Notes: a model not told the origin generated them from the sequence alone. A stretch of DNA of 62,710 bases, filler included, from Globobulimina sp. (GCA_003354225.1; 12 parts of 12 records of this genome joined end to end with filler, not necessarily neighbours in it); one strand, 5' to 3'; counted from the whole stretch's first letter, positions 12,378 through 23,399 are shown. A program made the numbers and translations.

Positions 12378-12863
12378 TCACTCTGTTATGTGAATTTGCA
12401 TTTTGTTGGTATAATATTGATTTATTATCCAACCTGATTGGCCATCTTCTAATCCATCACTAAGTTTCCAAACTTGTAGATTTGGATAATATGACACAGG
12501 TGTATCGTGATCTAATGGCACTTCGACAGTTATTGGTACGTTGAGTCGCTGCTTTGGTTGAATTGTAGCATTTACAGGAAATGATAACAACTCAGAACCA
12601 GGAATATTTGTTCCATTGTATGGATGTGTTGGACCTTCTGCACCAGGTACAGTAGGATCATCTATCCAAAATATTACAAATATCGGCTCATCTAGTATGT
12701 TTGAAACTCCCCAATATTGTGTCTCAGTTTCTCCTGGTGACAGATAGAATTTGTTGTATGCAGCAGAAGCTGAAAAGCCCTCTGAAATCTGTGCGTTTCC
12801 TGCATATCCTACCATCACCACAAAGACGGTTGCAATTAGACCAAATGTTATTTTGGTGTTCAT
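12378..12863 (-). CDS. Secreted Ig-like/beta-sandwich protein
   Basis: N-terminal signal peptide; LSPGETET..VSN and ATIQPKQRLNVPITVEVP. Confidence 0.55.
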   Translation of the reverse strand: MNTKITFGLIATVFVVMVGYAGNAQISEGFSASAAYNKFYLSPGETETQYWGVSNILDEPIFVIFWIDDPTVPGAEGPTHPYNGTNIPGSELLSFPVNATIQPKQRLNVPITVEVPLDHDTPVSYYPNLQVWKLSDGLEDGQSGWIINQYYTNKMQIHITE

Positions 12864-12904
12864 CAATTAATTAAAATTAATCCTACCTTTAAGTTTATCT
12901 TACC

Positions 12905-12935
12905 TGATTACTAGATTACTAGATTACTAGATTAT
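12905..12935. repeat. Short tandem repeat (GATTACTA)n upstream of a promoter
   Basis: TGATTACTAGATTACTAGATTACTAGATTA. Confidence 0.7.
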
Positions 12936-13017
12936 TTTTTCAAGTGTACCTTGTTATAGTGGTCTTTCATTTTTTGGTGTGAGATAAAGGCCAGTGGACA
13001 ACTAAAGCAAGTTTCCA

Positions 13018-13287
13018 TTATTCAAAAGTAAAATTTGTTCCCCAAAACGAACACACAGTTCTACAATCTTTTTTAATAATCTCACCATCTTTACCAATTA
13101 GGGATTTACACTCTTGATGACACCAAACTCCAGGAAATTCTTCAATGTCATCAGTAGTCCAATTACCAGTACTCCAAGAATCCTCATCCCAAATATCAGG
13201 CTTTGGAGAAATTTCAGTTATTATCATTGGAATAGAAATTGCAGCAATAGCTAAGATAGTTCCTATTAGGATAATTTTTTGATTCAT
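13018..13287 (-). CDS. Small membrane-anchored protein with two CxxxC motifs
   Basis: N-terminal TM; CHQEC and CRTVC. Confidence 0.55.
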   Translation of the reverse strand: MNQKIILIGTILAIAAISIPMIITEISPKPDIWDEDSWSTGNWTTDDIEEFPGVWCHQECKSLIGKDGEIIKKDCRTVCSFWGTNFTFE

Positions 13288-13310
13288 AATAAAAAAAAGA
13301 AAAAAAAGTA

Positions 13311-13889
13311 TTATCTAAGTGAATTTTTTAATTGTTCCACAGAGATTTCTGAATTAGCATTTTTTGCTTTACCGTTTGAAACTTTGTAGATTCCAAACTC
13401 ACCAGATGTAATTTCATAATGCTCTTTATCAAATGCTGGCTCTAACAAGACAACTACTTTATCACCAATTTCAAAACTTGGTACATCAGTGAATACTTGA
13501 ATTCCATTCAAGTCACCACCAAATGTTTTGAATTTGATAATTGATGTGTCTATTTTACCATTTTTCATTACTTCGGTGGTAAGCAATTCATAAACTATGT
13601 AGGGTTCGGTTTGTGCTATCTTTTTTGATTTTTCCTTGACATAATTACCATCTGCATCTCTATACTGTAGAATCTGATATTTGTCCACAATTTCACCTTC
13701 TACAATTATTTCAGAAATTTTCTTCATTTCCTTCTTATCAATTGTAGTGTATGAATTATGAATCATCATACCAGGTTTGTTTTCTTGTGTTTCAACATCA
13801 TCTACTTGCGTAGTAATGCTGAAAATTCCTACAGCAATAATACTAATGGCTGCCAGTGTAATTATTGAAAATTTGTTTTTTTGTTTCAT
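13311..13889 (-). CDS. Membrane-anchored TIMP/NTR-like OB-fold protein
   Basis: SEIIVEGEIV..YIVYELLTTEVMK..IKFKTFGG..PSFEIGDKVVVLL pattern; starts immediately after the protease stop codon. Confidence 0.5.
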   Translation of the reverse strand: MKQKNKFSIITLAAISIIAVGIFSITTQVDDVETQENKPGMMIHNSYTTIDKKEMKKISEIIVEGEIVDKYQILQYRDADGNYVKEKSKKIAQTEPYIVYELLTTEVMKNGKIDTSIIKFKTFGGDLNGIQVFTDVPSFEIGDKVVVLLEPAFDKEHYEITSGEFGIYKVSNGKAKNANSEISVEQLKNSLR

Positions 13890-13890
13890 G

Positions 13891-14457
13891 TCAATAATTT
13901 CCTGTTATGTGATTTTTGGTATGTGTAGTCACAAATCTATTAGCATCGTTTTCACCTAATGTTGAATACATTATGTAGTATTGATTTGAATAATGAGATA
14001 CACCAGCTACATGGCCAAATTCATGACCTGTTGCAGTTATCCAATCATATCCATCACTACTTGTATCTACGTTAGAATCTTCCCAACTAAGATTTTTGTT
14101 CATGGCTATGTAACCAGTATAGTAATCACCAGCACCGTTCCAGTATAGAACAGTTTTGCCAGCTCCACTTACTCCACTAGTCCAAGCATATACAGGGATT
14201 TCATAAGAACCAGATGTTACACCATCGATATCCAGTGTACTACCTGAAAATTCCCACAAATTGGAGGCATCGTTAAGATCTCCACAAGGATCAACATTTG
14301 ATGTTTTTGTAATTCCTGAAACAGAAACACAATCATATCTAACATTATCATTGTCCCAAACATGACCATTCCAATTAGTAGCCTCAGCTTCTGACATTCC
14401 TACAGTTGTCAAAACTGTTACTGCTACTAAGGATAGCATTGTTATTACATTTTTCAT
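13891..14457 (-). CDS. Secreted metzincin (matrixin/M10-like) zinc metalloprotease
   Basis: Signal peptide from MKNVIT; HEFGHVAGVSH (HExxHxxGxxH) plus Met-turn YIMY. Confidence 0.85.
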   Translation of the reverse strand: MKNVITMLSLVAVTVLTTVGMSEAEATNWNGHVWDNDNVRYDCVSVSGITKTSNVDPCGDLNDASNLWEFSGSTLDIDGVTSGSYEIPVYAWTSGVSGAGKTVLYWNGAGDYYTGYIAMNKNLSWEDSNVDTSSDGYDWITATGHEFGHVAGVSHYSNQYYIMYSTLGENDANRFVTTHTKNHITGNY

Positions 14458-14567
14458 GTTATTAAAATTAATTAAAATTAATGGGAATATAACTATTACC
14501 ACTATTGGAAATGACACAATTTCGTTAATAATAATTAATTAATATATTAGTATGAAATTAAGTTAAC

Positions 14568-14735
14568 ATGGCCAAAGTAAGAGGAGGAAAATCAAAGAGA
14601 GTAACTATAATGCTTCCAATAGAGTTAGACGCAAAAGTTCGGGCAAAGCAAGCTCAATTAATTGCAAAGCATAACGAGTCATTTAGTTTTAGTCAGGTGT
14701 TAGCAGAGGCCTTGGCTGGTAAAATCAAACTCTAA
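14568..14735 (+). CDS. Ribbon-helix-helix DNA-binding protein, thaumarchaeal type (not in the ORF track)
   Basis: MAKVRGGKSKRVTIMLPIELDAKVRAKQAQLIAKHNESFSFSQVLAEALAGKIKL (55 aa); TATA-like TTAATATA about 25 nt upstream. Confidence 0.8.
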   Translation: MAKVRGGKSKRVTIMLPIELDAKVRAKQAQLIAKHNESFSFSQVLAEALAGKIKL

Positions 14736-14736
14736 G

Positions 14737-15615
14737 CTATCCTGATAAGTTATCTATTATCCATTGGTAGGCATTCAGGAATTCAGTGGATGAGATTAAT
14801 CCCTCTCTGTACCATTGTTTAGTAAAATCAAACCAATCTGGAAAAGTAGTTTGTCTAGTTTCTACAGGTCCATAATATCCACCTCCAGAAGATCCACCAG
14901 AAGATCCGAAGATTCTAGGACTTCCTACTCCTGTGTTTCCATGGCCACCACTAGAACTAGTTGATTCAGCAGGGGCTGGCGTACTTAGGCCTGCAAATTC
15001 AGTAAAGTGATATGTTAGAATCTTTGTGTTTGTTCCATCACCAATTGAACATTCTCCTGGTTGTGGTGGATTATTTGGATTCTCAAAAGTTCCAGTACAT
15101 CCAGATATTAAGATCCATGTATCAGAGCCAGGTGATTTGTAAGCTGTCTGACCTGTTGTTCCATTTAGAATTAGAGTTGCTGGAATATCAAATATCAGTA
15201 CAGCATTAGCTGATCCAACAAGTATTGTACCAGTTGGTAGTAAAAATCCAGATGGAACTATACCACTACCAACACTTGGTACTGGTGGAACTAGCCTACC
15301 ATCCCATTGTTCAGGACCTGATATTGTGGTCTGGTCTGGAATTAAAATCTCAATGTTTGGCAGTTGTGTACTTTTTAGGGTAAGTGAATCGTTTTGGTCA
15401 CTAGTGTTTATTTTTACTTCCTTAGTAAATTCTACAGTCTGGCCTGCCACTGTAACATTTTGTGCAGTAATTGGTGCCAGTTGTTCAGACATATCCAAAG
15501 GTGCATTTACTATTTCATCATCTAATACTGCTGTATCTCCATCACCTAATACATTAGCAGTAGCTGTAACAGTAATAGCTAGAGTAAATAAAAAAGAAAA
15601 AAAGGTGGGTATCAA
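14737..15615 (-). CDS. Thaumarchaeal-type cell-surface protein
   Basis: Signal peptide, Gly/Ser linker, and C-terminal FPDWFDFTKQWYREGLISSTEFLNAYQWII resembling the Nitrosopumilus IPxWIKxxAxWWxxGxIxDxxFxxxIQxL tail. Confidence 0.65.
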   Translation of the reverse strand: MIPTFFSFLFTLAITVTATANVLGDGDTAVLDDEIVNAPLDMSEQLAPITAQNVTVAGQTVEFTKEVKINTSDQNDSLTLKSTQLPNIEILIPDQTTISGPEQWDGRLVPPVPSVGSGIVPSGFLLPTGTILVGSANAVLIFDIPATLILNGTTGQTAYKSPGSDTWILISGCTGTFENPNNPPQPGECSIGDGTNTKILTYHFTEFAGLSTPAPAESTSSSGGHGNTGVGSPRIFGSSGGSSGGGYYGPVETRQTTFPDWFDFTKQWYREGLISSTEFLNAYQWIIDNLSG

Positions 15616-16241
15616 TTATTCTGCCACACAANNNNNNNNNNNNNNNNNNNNNNNNNNNNNNNNNNNNNNNNNNNNTTAATTAATTAANNNNNNNNNNNNN
15701 NNNNNNNNNNNNNNNNNNNNNNNNNNNNNNNAATTTTGACTAAATATGTGTACTTTTTTTCTTTATTATTATTATTACTATTTAGTATACGTTATGTATA
15801 TATTCTGAAATTCGTTAAGATTGCTGGCATTTTTGCTTGTTCAAAACGTGTCGGACTCCGCACTTTCGTCAAAAGTGAATCCAAAAAAAAATAGCTTAAG
15901 TATGTTCGTGTTCGTGTGTTCTGAGTGATAAATTTATTTTCCACCATGTAAATTGATTTAAAACCAATTGTACAATCAATCAAACAAAAAATTCAAATCA
16001 TGTATCACAATCAACAGTGTTAACAAACAAAAAAAACAGAAAGTTGGACCAACAAAAAATAATAAATAATAATAATAAAAACAAAGAAGAAAAGTAATAA
16101 AAAAAATATAAAAACAACAAATACAATTTTTTAAAAAAGTCAATTAAAAAAAAAAACATAAAATTTAAAAAAATTCTAATATACAAACAATTTTCAACAG
16201 ACCCAAACATTGAAAACAAAAATAAAATAAAAAATGCAAAA

Positions 16242-17814
16242 CTAATCCATTTTTTTTATTCGTTTTTGCACAAAAGCCATATTTGCTTGATAATAATCCT
16301 GCAATTTTTGTAAATCGTGAGCGAATAACTGCTTTAACGTCTCATTGATATTCAACAAGTCCTGTTTTGATGGATTGTCCGGTAACGTTATCACCGAACT
16401 GATCAAGCTATGTCCATCAAATATACTCACTAACTCCTAAAAAGTGCCAGGATATATAAAACACACAGAGTGCGAGGATAAGAATAAAAAACAGACATAA
16501 ACATACGTCAGAATGCATTTCTGTTTTATTACTTATCTGTTCCGCTTTGGGCTCCTCAGTCATTATCATCGTGCCATAATTATCGTAATTATCACTCCCA
16601 TCCTCCTCCTGTTGATCCTCATGATACCCATTATACCCATTTTTTTCATACGCTCCATTCATAGCATCCTCAGTCATAATCATAGTGCCATATTGTTCCT
16701 GGTCCGCACTGCCTTCCTCCTCATCCGCCATAATCATGGTGCCATACACCATCGACCCATCATCATATTCGTCCTCATCTTCATTCTTATAATCAGTGTC
16801 ATGTTGCGGCCATTCCTCATCACTCATTTCCTCCATCTTCCTCTGCGCATCGCGAGCTCTCTCCAAATGTGGCAAAGCCAGCCCCACCAAGGCCTGGGTC
16901 ACGCGCAATGTGCCGGCATTTTTGATCCATACATGTTGCAACAATTCAGTGGCACTCGGTCGTTTCGAAGCGTCTTTCATCAAACACGAGGCAATGAAAT
17001 CTTTCATATTTTGCGAGAAATCATCGGCAATGTCATCGGATAAGGTGGGCGGCTTTGCAGTGGGTACTTTAAGGAGCACTTTTAAAGGTGGCTCATTCGC
17101 ATACGGTGGTTTACCGCAAGCCATTTCAATCACAGTTATACCCAACGACCATATATCTGCTTTACTGTCATATTTGTCGTCCTTTACCACTTCGGGAGCC
17201 ATCCAATATCTTTGTGTATGTATTGTGTGTTTTGTTTGTGTGTGTACAGATTTATTGACATACGGCGTGCCCAATATAGTTTTTGCTTTATCCATAGTGG
17301 CGTCGCAGATGTATGACACGCCAAAGTCAGCCAATTTGCATTGTCCTTTATGATTTAACAAAATATTGCCGGCCTTGATGTCGCGATGTATTAATTTCTG
17401 TTTGTGAACGTATTCTAAGGCTTTGAGGGTCTCGCCGACGATCACTTGGATCTGGTCTTCGCTCAACGAGATTTTTAATGCGCGCATAATGTCCAATACG
17501 CCGCCACCGCCACAGTATTCCATGGCGATCCAAATGTTGTCGTCTTTCAACCAGGCACCACGAAAATTAACTATATATTTACATTTGCATTTCTTCATGA
17601 TAGCGACTTCTTGCTCCAATGAGCCGACTTCACTGTCGCCTTCCATGCCCATTATTTTCAAGGCCACTAACTCGCCATCGCGTTTGTCCAAGGCTTTGTA
17701 GACCATACCAAAGGCGCCTTTGCCTAATGGCTGGATGATGTCAAACAATTCTTCTGGGTCATCCGATGAATATAAACCCACTTTGTCGAATTTCTTTTTC
17801 TTTTGGCTTGACAT
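16242..17814 (-). CDS. STE20/MST (Hippo-like) Ser/Thr kinase with C-terminal SARAH-like coiled coil; introns 17210-17263 and 16437-16506
   Basis: DPEELF, GKGAFG, HRDIKAGNILL, KLADFG; GTP|YWMAPE is restored by splicing; the last exon encodes LKQLFAHDLQKLQDYYQANMAFVQKRI. Confidence 0.9.
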
Positions 17815-17891
17815 TTTTTCCTTCTTTGTATTGTATATTGAAAAAACTTTGAGCTGTTTGTCTTTTTTTGTTATATTATGTTACATAGATC

Positions 17892-18764
17892 ATGGGCTTT
17901 ACCGTCTTTATTGTATTATTTTTCTTGCACAGTGTCGATGCATCCATTGGGTTCATTTCATTTCAGAATATACAAAGAATAGATTTAGATTTGTTAATAC
18001 TGGTTGGTGTGATATACGGATTAATATTTATTATACCAATCATATCATCCATATATTTTGTGAATACACGCTCAAGAAACCTGAATGAAGAAAGGATATT
18101 TGATAAGAAATGGTATAAATGGTCAAAGCAATACATGTATCATGAAACAATGTATCGAACACATTTGCTGATCATATTATCATTGATTGTAATATTTATA
18201 TTTGAACCGGAGTGGCCAATTTGGGCACCATGTATGTATTCGTACACTCCATTTTATATTATGTATGGAATACGAATAAATCGAATTAAATACGATTGGT
18301 ATCCAATTCAATGGTTGTTATGTGTATTGTGTACAATAAATATCAGATGAAATAATAAATGTATACTACATTTGTATACGTCCAATCCATTGAATTTGAT
18401 ACAGATCGTATTTTAATTTAATTGGATTTCCGTCGTATTCCGTGCATTGTTATTAAATAATTACGTAATATTTTGTATGTTTACTGTGTATATAGTTGTA
18501 ATCATCGGTGTTGTATCATTATTAACAATTTGTTTAAAATTAGTATCACAATGTGTTCGGCCAAGAATAATAACAAGAAACCAAAAGAAATATTTTGATA
18601 GATTAGCCATGACTGAATCATTTCGGTTACATTCCGATAATGTTCATACTTTTGAACCACGTGAATTAACATCAAATGTAAAACCAAAAACTAAGCGATG
18701 GCGCTACAGGAAAAAGGATGAAAAATATGTGCCGTTATTGCAAGAACTCACAACAATCAATTGA
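17892..18764 (+). CDS. Multi-pass membrane protein of unknown function (two ORFs, junction unresolved)
   Basis: Both ORFs have hydrophobic segments; the obvious GT-AG pair does not restore the frame. Confidence 0.4.
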
Positions 18765-18881
18765 TTTGATTTAGACTTAAACTAAACAGATTAAAATGTA
18801 ATTAACAATGTAGCAACGCGTGAAAATTAGGTTTATTTGAGACAGCTAGTAAATGAGTGCAAGGATACAATCATATGTCCA

Positions 18882-19568
18882 TTAATGATTAGTTCTTTTT
18901 TTTGCAGTGTTTTTCGATTTTTTCGATTTTTTCGTAGAAATAGCAACAATGCATCCAAAACATAACGATTTATCCTTCCTCAATTGCTCCGATGAAATAA
19001 TTAAATCATAAAAAGAGTAGGAAGCAATAATGGCGGGATCTGAAATGAATTCCATGGTATTATAATCCTGGTGATATGTTTGTGTATGAAAATTACGTGG
19101 TTTATAAATAAATTTATTTTTACGTTTTAGATTCAAATCTGTTGATTCAGTCTGATTGCAATACAATTCATAATCAATTATGATCTCCCCATTATAATTA
19201 TTTTTTAATTTATTTTTATTTCCAACATCATTTACATTGATTTCATTTTGTATTGATTTTAATAACAATTTAAATCCGACAAAACCGATTTGAGTCTCAT
19301 CCCATTCGTTTGGTCGAATACAACATTGAAATATGATATTATTTATTTTGAATGGCTGCGAATAAATTACTTCACCATTAACTGACGACAAAAAATTATG
19401 CAAATCTTTACCATAAAAATTCCAATGAAATGCATTGCCAAAATAAGCCGAACATAATCTGATTAAAACTATTGGAACTTCAAATTCTGATTCACAACGG
19501 ATGTATCCTGTGACCAATAAGTGCAAATTTAACGGTAAAACACACATTCTTGAATGTCTCGAACTCAT
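18882..19568 (-). CDS. Hypothetical protein, possibly MATH-like fold
   Basis: LLVTGYIR..VPIVLIRLC N-terminus; F.W, SQPFKI...FQCCIRPN pattern. Confidence 0.45.
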   Translation of the reverse strand: MSSRHSRMCVLPLNLHLLVTGYIRCESEFEVPIVLIRLCSAYFGNAFHWNFYGKDLHNFLSSVNGEVIYSQPFKINNIIFQCCIRPNEWDETQIGFVGFKLLLKSIQNEINVNDVGNKNKLKNNYNGEIIIDYELYCNQTESTDLNLKRKNKFIYKPRNFHTQTYHQDYNTMEFISDPAIIASYSFYDLIISSEQLRKDKSLCFGCIVAISTKKSKKSKNTAKKRTNH

Positions 19569-19705
19569 TGTTATGAGTGCTTGACTTGAGTCAGTTGAGT
19601 GGTTTTTAATTTACATTAAGTTCATGCAGCTGTGCTGTGCAAGGATAACAATATGGAAAAAAAATCACGCAACAACGAAAAAAAAATAAAAAAAAAGAAT
19701 CGATC

Positions 19706-20697
19706 TTATTCCAATTTTACATGATTCTGATATTGTATTAAAATCGATCTCAAATCATCAATACATTGCGTGGTATTCATAGCTAGTGTCGTTTTACTGT
19801 TTTGTAAGAATTGTATCTCTTTCATCAAATCGTGATTCTTATCTTCTAATTGATTCACTCGGTCATTTAATTCACTATTTTTATCATCCGTATTTTTTAA
19901 CTGTTTCTCTAAATTAATAACATTGGTTTGCAGTCTATCAATTTCTTCTTGCAACAGAGTTAAATCAGTCGATGATCGTGCTTTTTTCTTTGAATTTTCA
20001 ATATTTATGGTTTCAGATACATTTGGATCAGGATCAGGATCAGGATCGTCGTGCAAAAATGATACTAAATTACTTGCAATCACACTCATATCCACAGCAC
20101 CGCCCTGTTGTGCTCTCGCCAATAATTCACCATCATCTTCCTCTTCATTTTGAGGGAACAATTCATGTAATTTTGCCTCAACAAAATCTGTTCTGCTTTC
20201 TCGATGCCTGATTATAAGTATAGTGGCATACTGATATAAGTAGCGATATACATACATATATGTTCTAACTTATGTGCAGTAACAGTCTCAATGAGCATTT
20301 CGTCCAAACCATAGTCATTTTCGTCGTGAGTCTCTTCGTCATAACCAACGCGGACATCGTCTTCATCCGGATCTCTTGCTATATTATGATTGGATGTGTT
20401 ACTCTCATCATTTCCATCATGGATGTAACCAATTAAATTTGCTGCTATATTCGATGCAACATTTTGATCCTATATAAACAATATGTAACATAGTCAGACA
20501 TAATGGATGGAAATCAGTTTATATGACATTAGATTTACCAGCACTTTGGCAAAATCATCCTCAACCGATGCTATTTGGGATTCTTTTCGGCGGTGTTGAT
20601 TCACTGCTTTTGACAATGTGTCATCTAAAAAGTTATCAGGAATTGGTGCATCCCCAAAAGCATAATTTTCTTCATCTGGTATGGCAATATCAGTCAT
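19706..20697 (-). CDS. Intron-containing acidic/coiled-coil protein
   Basis: ORFs 20494-20697 and 19706-20257 share IAS-containing repeats; heptad-rich C-terminus. Confidence 0.5.
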
Positions 20698-20967
20698 GTT
20701 CGTAAAATATATCGTTCAGTTCACTAGTTGTACTTACTTGAAGGATATACTCCAAAAGATATTAAAGTGTTTAAATATTCATTCATTGGTAATCGACCCA
20801 TATAACATAATATTTGATTTCAATTTTTTGTCATAGAAACGAGAGACGTAAGTCCGATTCCAGACTGNNNNNNNNNNNNNNNNNNNNNNNNNNNNNNNNN
20901 NNNNNNNNNNNTTAATTAATTAANNNNNNNNNNNNNNNNNNNNNNNNNNNNNNNNNNNNNNNNNNNN

Positions 20968-22929
20968 ACAAATAGTGGTTCCTTTGATTTTGAGGAGTTT
21001 TCGAGAGTTATTTTAGTAATGCGGTCATTCAGAGCATATTCGACAAATAATAAATTATTATATGCCAGAATAGGCAATAAAATCAATGATTATCATCAAT
21101 TATTTGAGAGCAAATCAATAAATGAGCTCGAGAAGAATAACAGATTGACTGCATTGATTAATATAAGTCCAATAGTATCGGCAGATGGTTCCATTGCAAC
21201 TGATTCGAATTCAGATATCGATAAAATAAATTATCAGAGTGAAAGCGATGAAAAACGCGATGTATACAGTATTGCAGATAAACGAAGAGATGAGCAAGAC
21301 GACAGATTATTGGATGACCGGTTATCGCGAATCGAAGATATAATCAGATGTGATAGGACATGGACAGACAGTGTAACCAAAGTAAGTATCCAAGAAACGA
21401 TTGAATCCTATACTCATTTGGCAGACCAACATCATCATAAAGTATGGTTATTAGACTTGTTAATCAAAGTTCGATCATCCGTGGAAAGACTGCCCTGTTT
21501 AGATTATGATACAGCATTATATTATGCAGTGAAATCAAATAATATCGATATGGTTTCATTGCTAATGGCATATGGTTATGATAAGAATCATAGACAAGAA
21601 TTTGAACATTGCGTCATAGAATCTATTGTAACACAACAATATAAAATGGCGTTGGTGTTATGTGAATGCAAAGGAATTCCCATTGTTGTATGTATTAAGC
21701 GAGGATATAATATAATTAATATAATGAATAATAATAAGCATGGCCATGAAAGTACTAATCATCATCGACATGAATCAATGAATGAAACACGAGCAAGATC
21801 TGGTTTATTCGTTGAAAATGTTGGATTTAATTTGTTTGTCACTGTTACTGTATTTCAACTAACTGCACAAACAGACATTGTGTATAGTTCTGATGGGTCG
21901 CCATTGTGGAACCATTACTTGCTATTTATTGTTCCATTTGAATGCATCGATGATTACATATATCTGAAAACAAATTGTGTGTTTAAGGATTTTGGCGAGG
22001 AATTGACTGATAATCCATTGAGATTCAGTGACCCAAACAGGCCCATTTTGAGCAAAAGAAAGAAAAACAAACCGAAAAAGAAAAAGAAATGGAAAGCGAA
22101 TCGCGATCGGAAATATAGCGCTGATGAAGTTAAACTAATGAATTGCTTATCGACGGAGGTGAATGTCGCAAATAGTGCAAAATCAACAAACTCGCTGCGT
22201 ACACCGGTGACACCACCCATTAGTCCCATGTGTTTATCACGAAACCGATCGAGCGAATATTTGCGCTCAATGTCCGTTTATAGTGCTGGCAACTTAATGG
22301 ATAATGGTGTCATTGAACCAGCAGCAAATCACAATAATTTGTTCGTTGATATGCATACAAGGAAATTTTTGATGAAATTTAAATTGTATCATCATGATTA
22401 TAATGATTATAAAACACAAACAACAAAGAAAGAGAATGCATTGTGCGGTGATATTGAGTTAGGATATCGGAATGAGAATTTATTTAATTATGAAGAATTA
22501 GTTTCAGATGTCAAGGATGAGGATGATAATGATTATAAACACAATTCCTACGAGAAACACTTTGCAACAGTATTGAATTTAAGAAAAAGAGTATTGAAAA
22601 GGAAGAGAGTGGCAGTGGCAGTGGCTGATGCTTTGTTAGATTGTGAAATATATTTAAGTGCATTGAAATGTTATGAAAAATTTGGTTTGGAATATATTAA
22701 TAAAAATAAAAATGATTTCCATTCCTTTGATACATCAAAATATGATGAAATAAATAAACCAATTGATTCTTATCCTGATTATTTCATTGCAAATGAAATT
22801 GATGAATATAATAATAATGATATTAATGATGATGATGATGATGCCAATGAATGGAAACATTACAAATCAAAAAAGAAGAAAAAACAAAAAAATACACCTA
22901 ACAAATTTCAGAATTTTGCTTCTGTCTGA
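20968..22929 (+). CDS. EF-hand + ankyrin-containing protein (5'-truncated)
   Basis: The contig start translates as TNSGSFDFEEF (EF-hand loop); TALYYAVKSNNIDMVSLLMAYG is an ankyrin repeat. Confidence 0.55.
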   Translation, partial: TNSGSFDFEEFSRVILVMRSFRAYSTNNKLLYARIGNKINDYHQLFESKSINELEKNNRLTALINISPIVSADGSIATDSNSDIDKINYQSESDEKRDVYSIADKRRDEQDDRLLDDRLSRIEDIIRCDRTWTDSVTKVSIQETIESYTHLADQHHHKVWLLDLLIKVRSSVERLPCLDYDTALYYAVKSNNIDMVSLLMAYGYDKNHRQEFEHCVIESIVTQQYKMALVLCECKGIPIVVCIKRGYNIINIMNNNKHGHESTNHHRHESMNETRARSGLFVENVGFNLFVTVTVFQLTAQTDIVYSSDGSPLWNHYLLFIVPFECIDDYIYLKTNCVFKDFGEELTDNPLRFSDPNRPILSKRKKNKPKKKKKWKANRDRKYSADEVKLMNCLSTEVNVANSAKSTNSLRTPVTPPISPMCLSRNRSSEYLRSMSVYSAGNLMDNGVIEPAANHNNLFVDMHTRKFLMKFKLYHHDYNDYKTQTTKKENALCGDIELGYRNENLFNYEELVSDVKDEDDNDYKHNSYEKHFATVLNLRKRVLKRKRVAVAVADALLDCEIYLSALKCYEKFGLEYINKNKNDFHSFDTSKYDEINKPIDSYPDYFIANEIDEYNNNDINDDDDDANEWKHYKSKKKKKQKNTPNKFQNFASV

Positions 22930-23399
22930 TGTTATTACAGAATATTTGTTTGTATTTGTCAATTTATTTATTTTATATTATGTATTTGCACATTTTCCAC
23001 TACCAAAGTACGTTCAAAGACCTTTCTATGGGTGTTTAGAAACATAAAATTCAATTATGCATTGTTAAAAAGTGAATTTGCATTGGGTTTGCAAAGTGAA
23101 TACAAACCAAGGGGGGGGTTATCTTTTTGAATATATCGTTCAGTTGTTTCAGTTTTTTCATCATGTTCTCAAGTTATAGCATCATATTTATTTGTTGTTT
23201 ACATTTATCATTAGGGGCTGATCCAGGACCAGCGTGCTAATCAGGTGGTTATCTTTCATATAAATGTGGCAGCGATGCTGTCATTTTAATAACTATGGAA
23301 AAGGAATAGTGTTACACGATGGAGCAAAAGATGATATACAATTGCATAACGTGACAGTTGTTGCGAGTTGCGAGTTGGTTTATACGAAGGAGGTAGTGA

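Larger units (their letters stand above)
10489..15631. mobile_element. Putative tailed virus/provirus fragment of ammonia-oxidising archaea (Nitrososphaeria)
   Basis: Dense intronless genes, oligo-T terminators, TATA about 25 nt before start codons, portal-like ORF, Nitrosopumilus-type RHH and surface-protein tail motif. Confidence 0.7.

Noticed and set aside
10489-15631. Horizontal transfer of archaeal virus genes into the protist genome
   Set aside because: It is a separate contig with no eukaryotic flanks or introns; co-assembly or bin contamination is the simpler explanation
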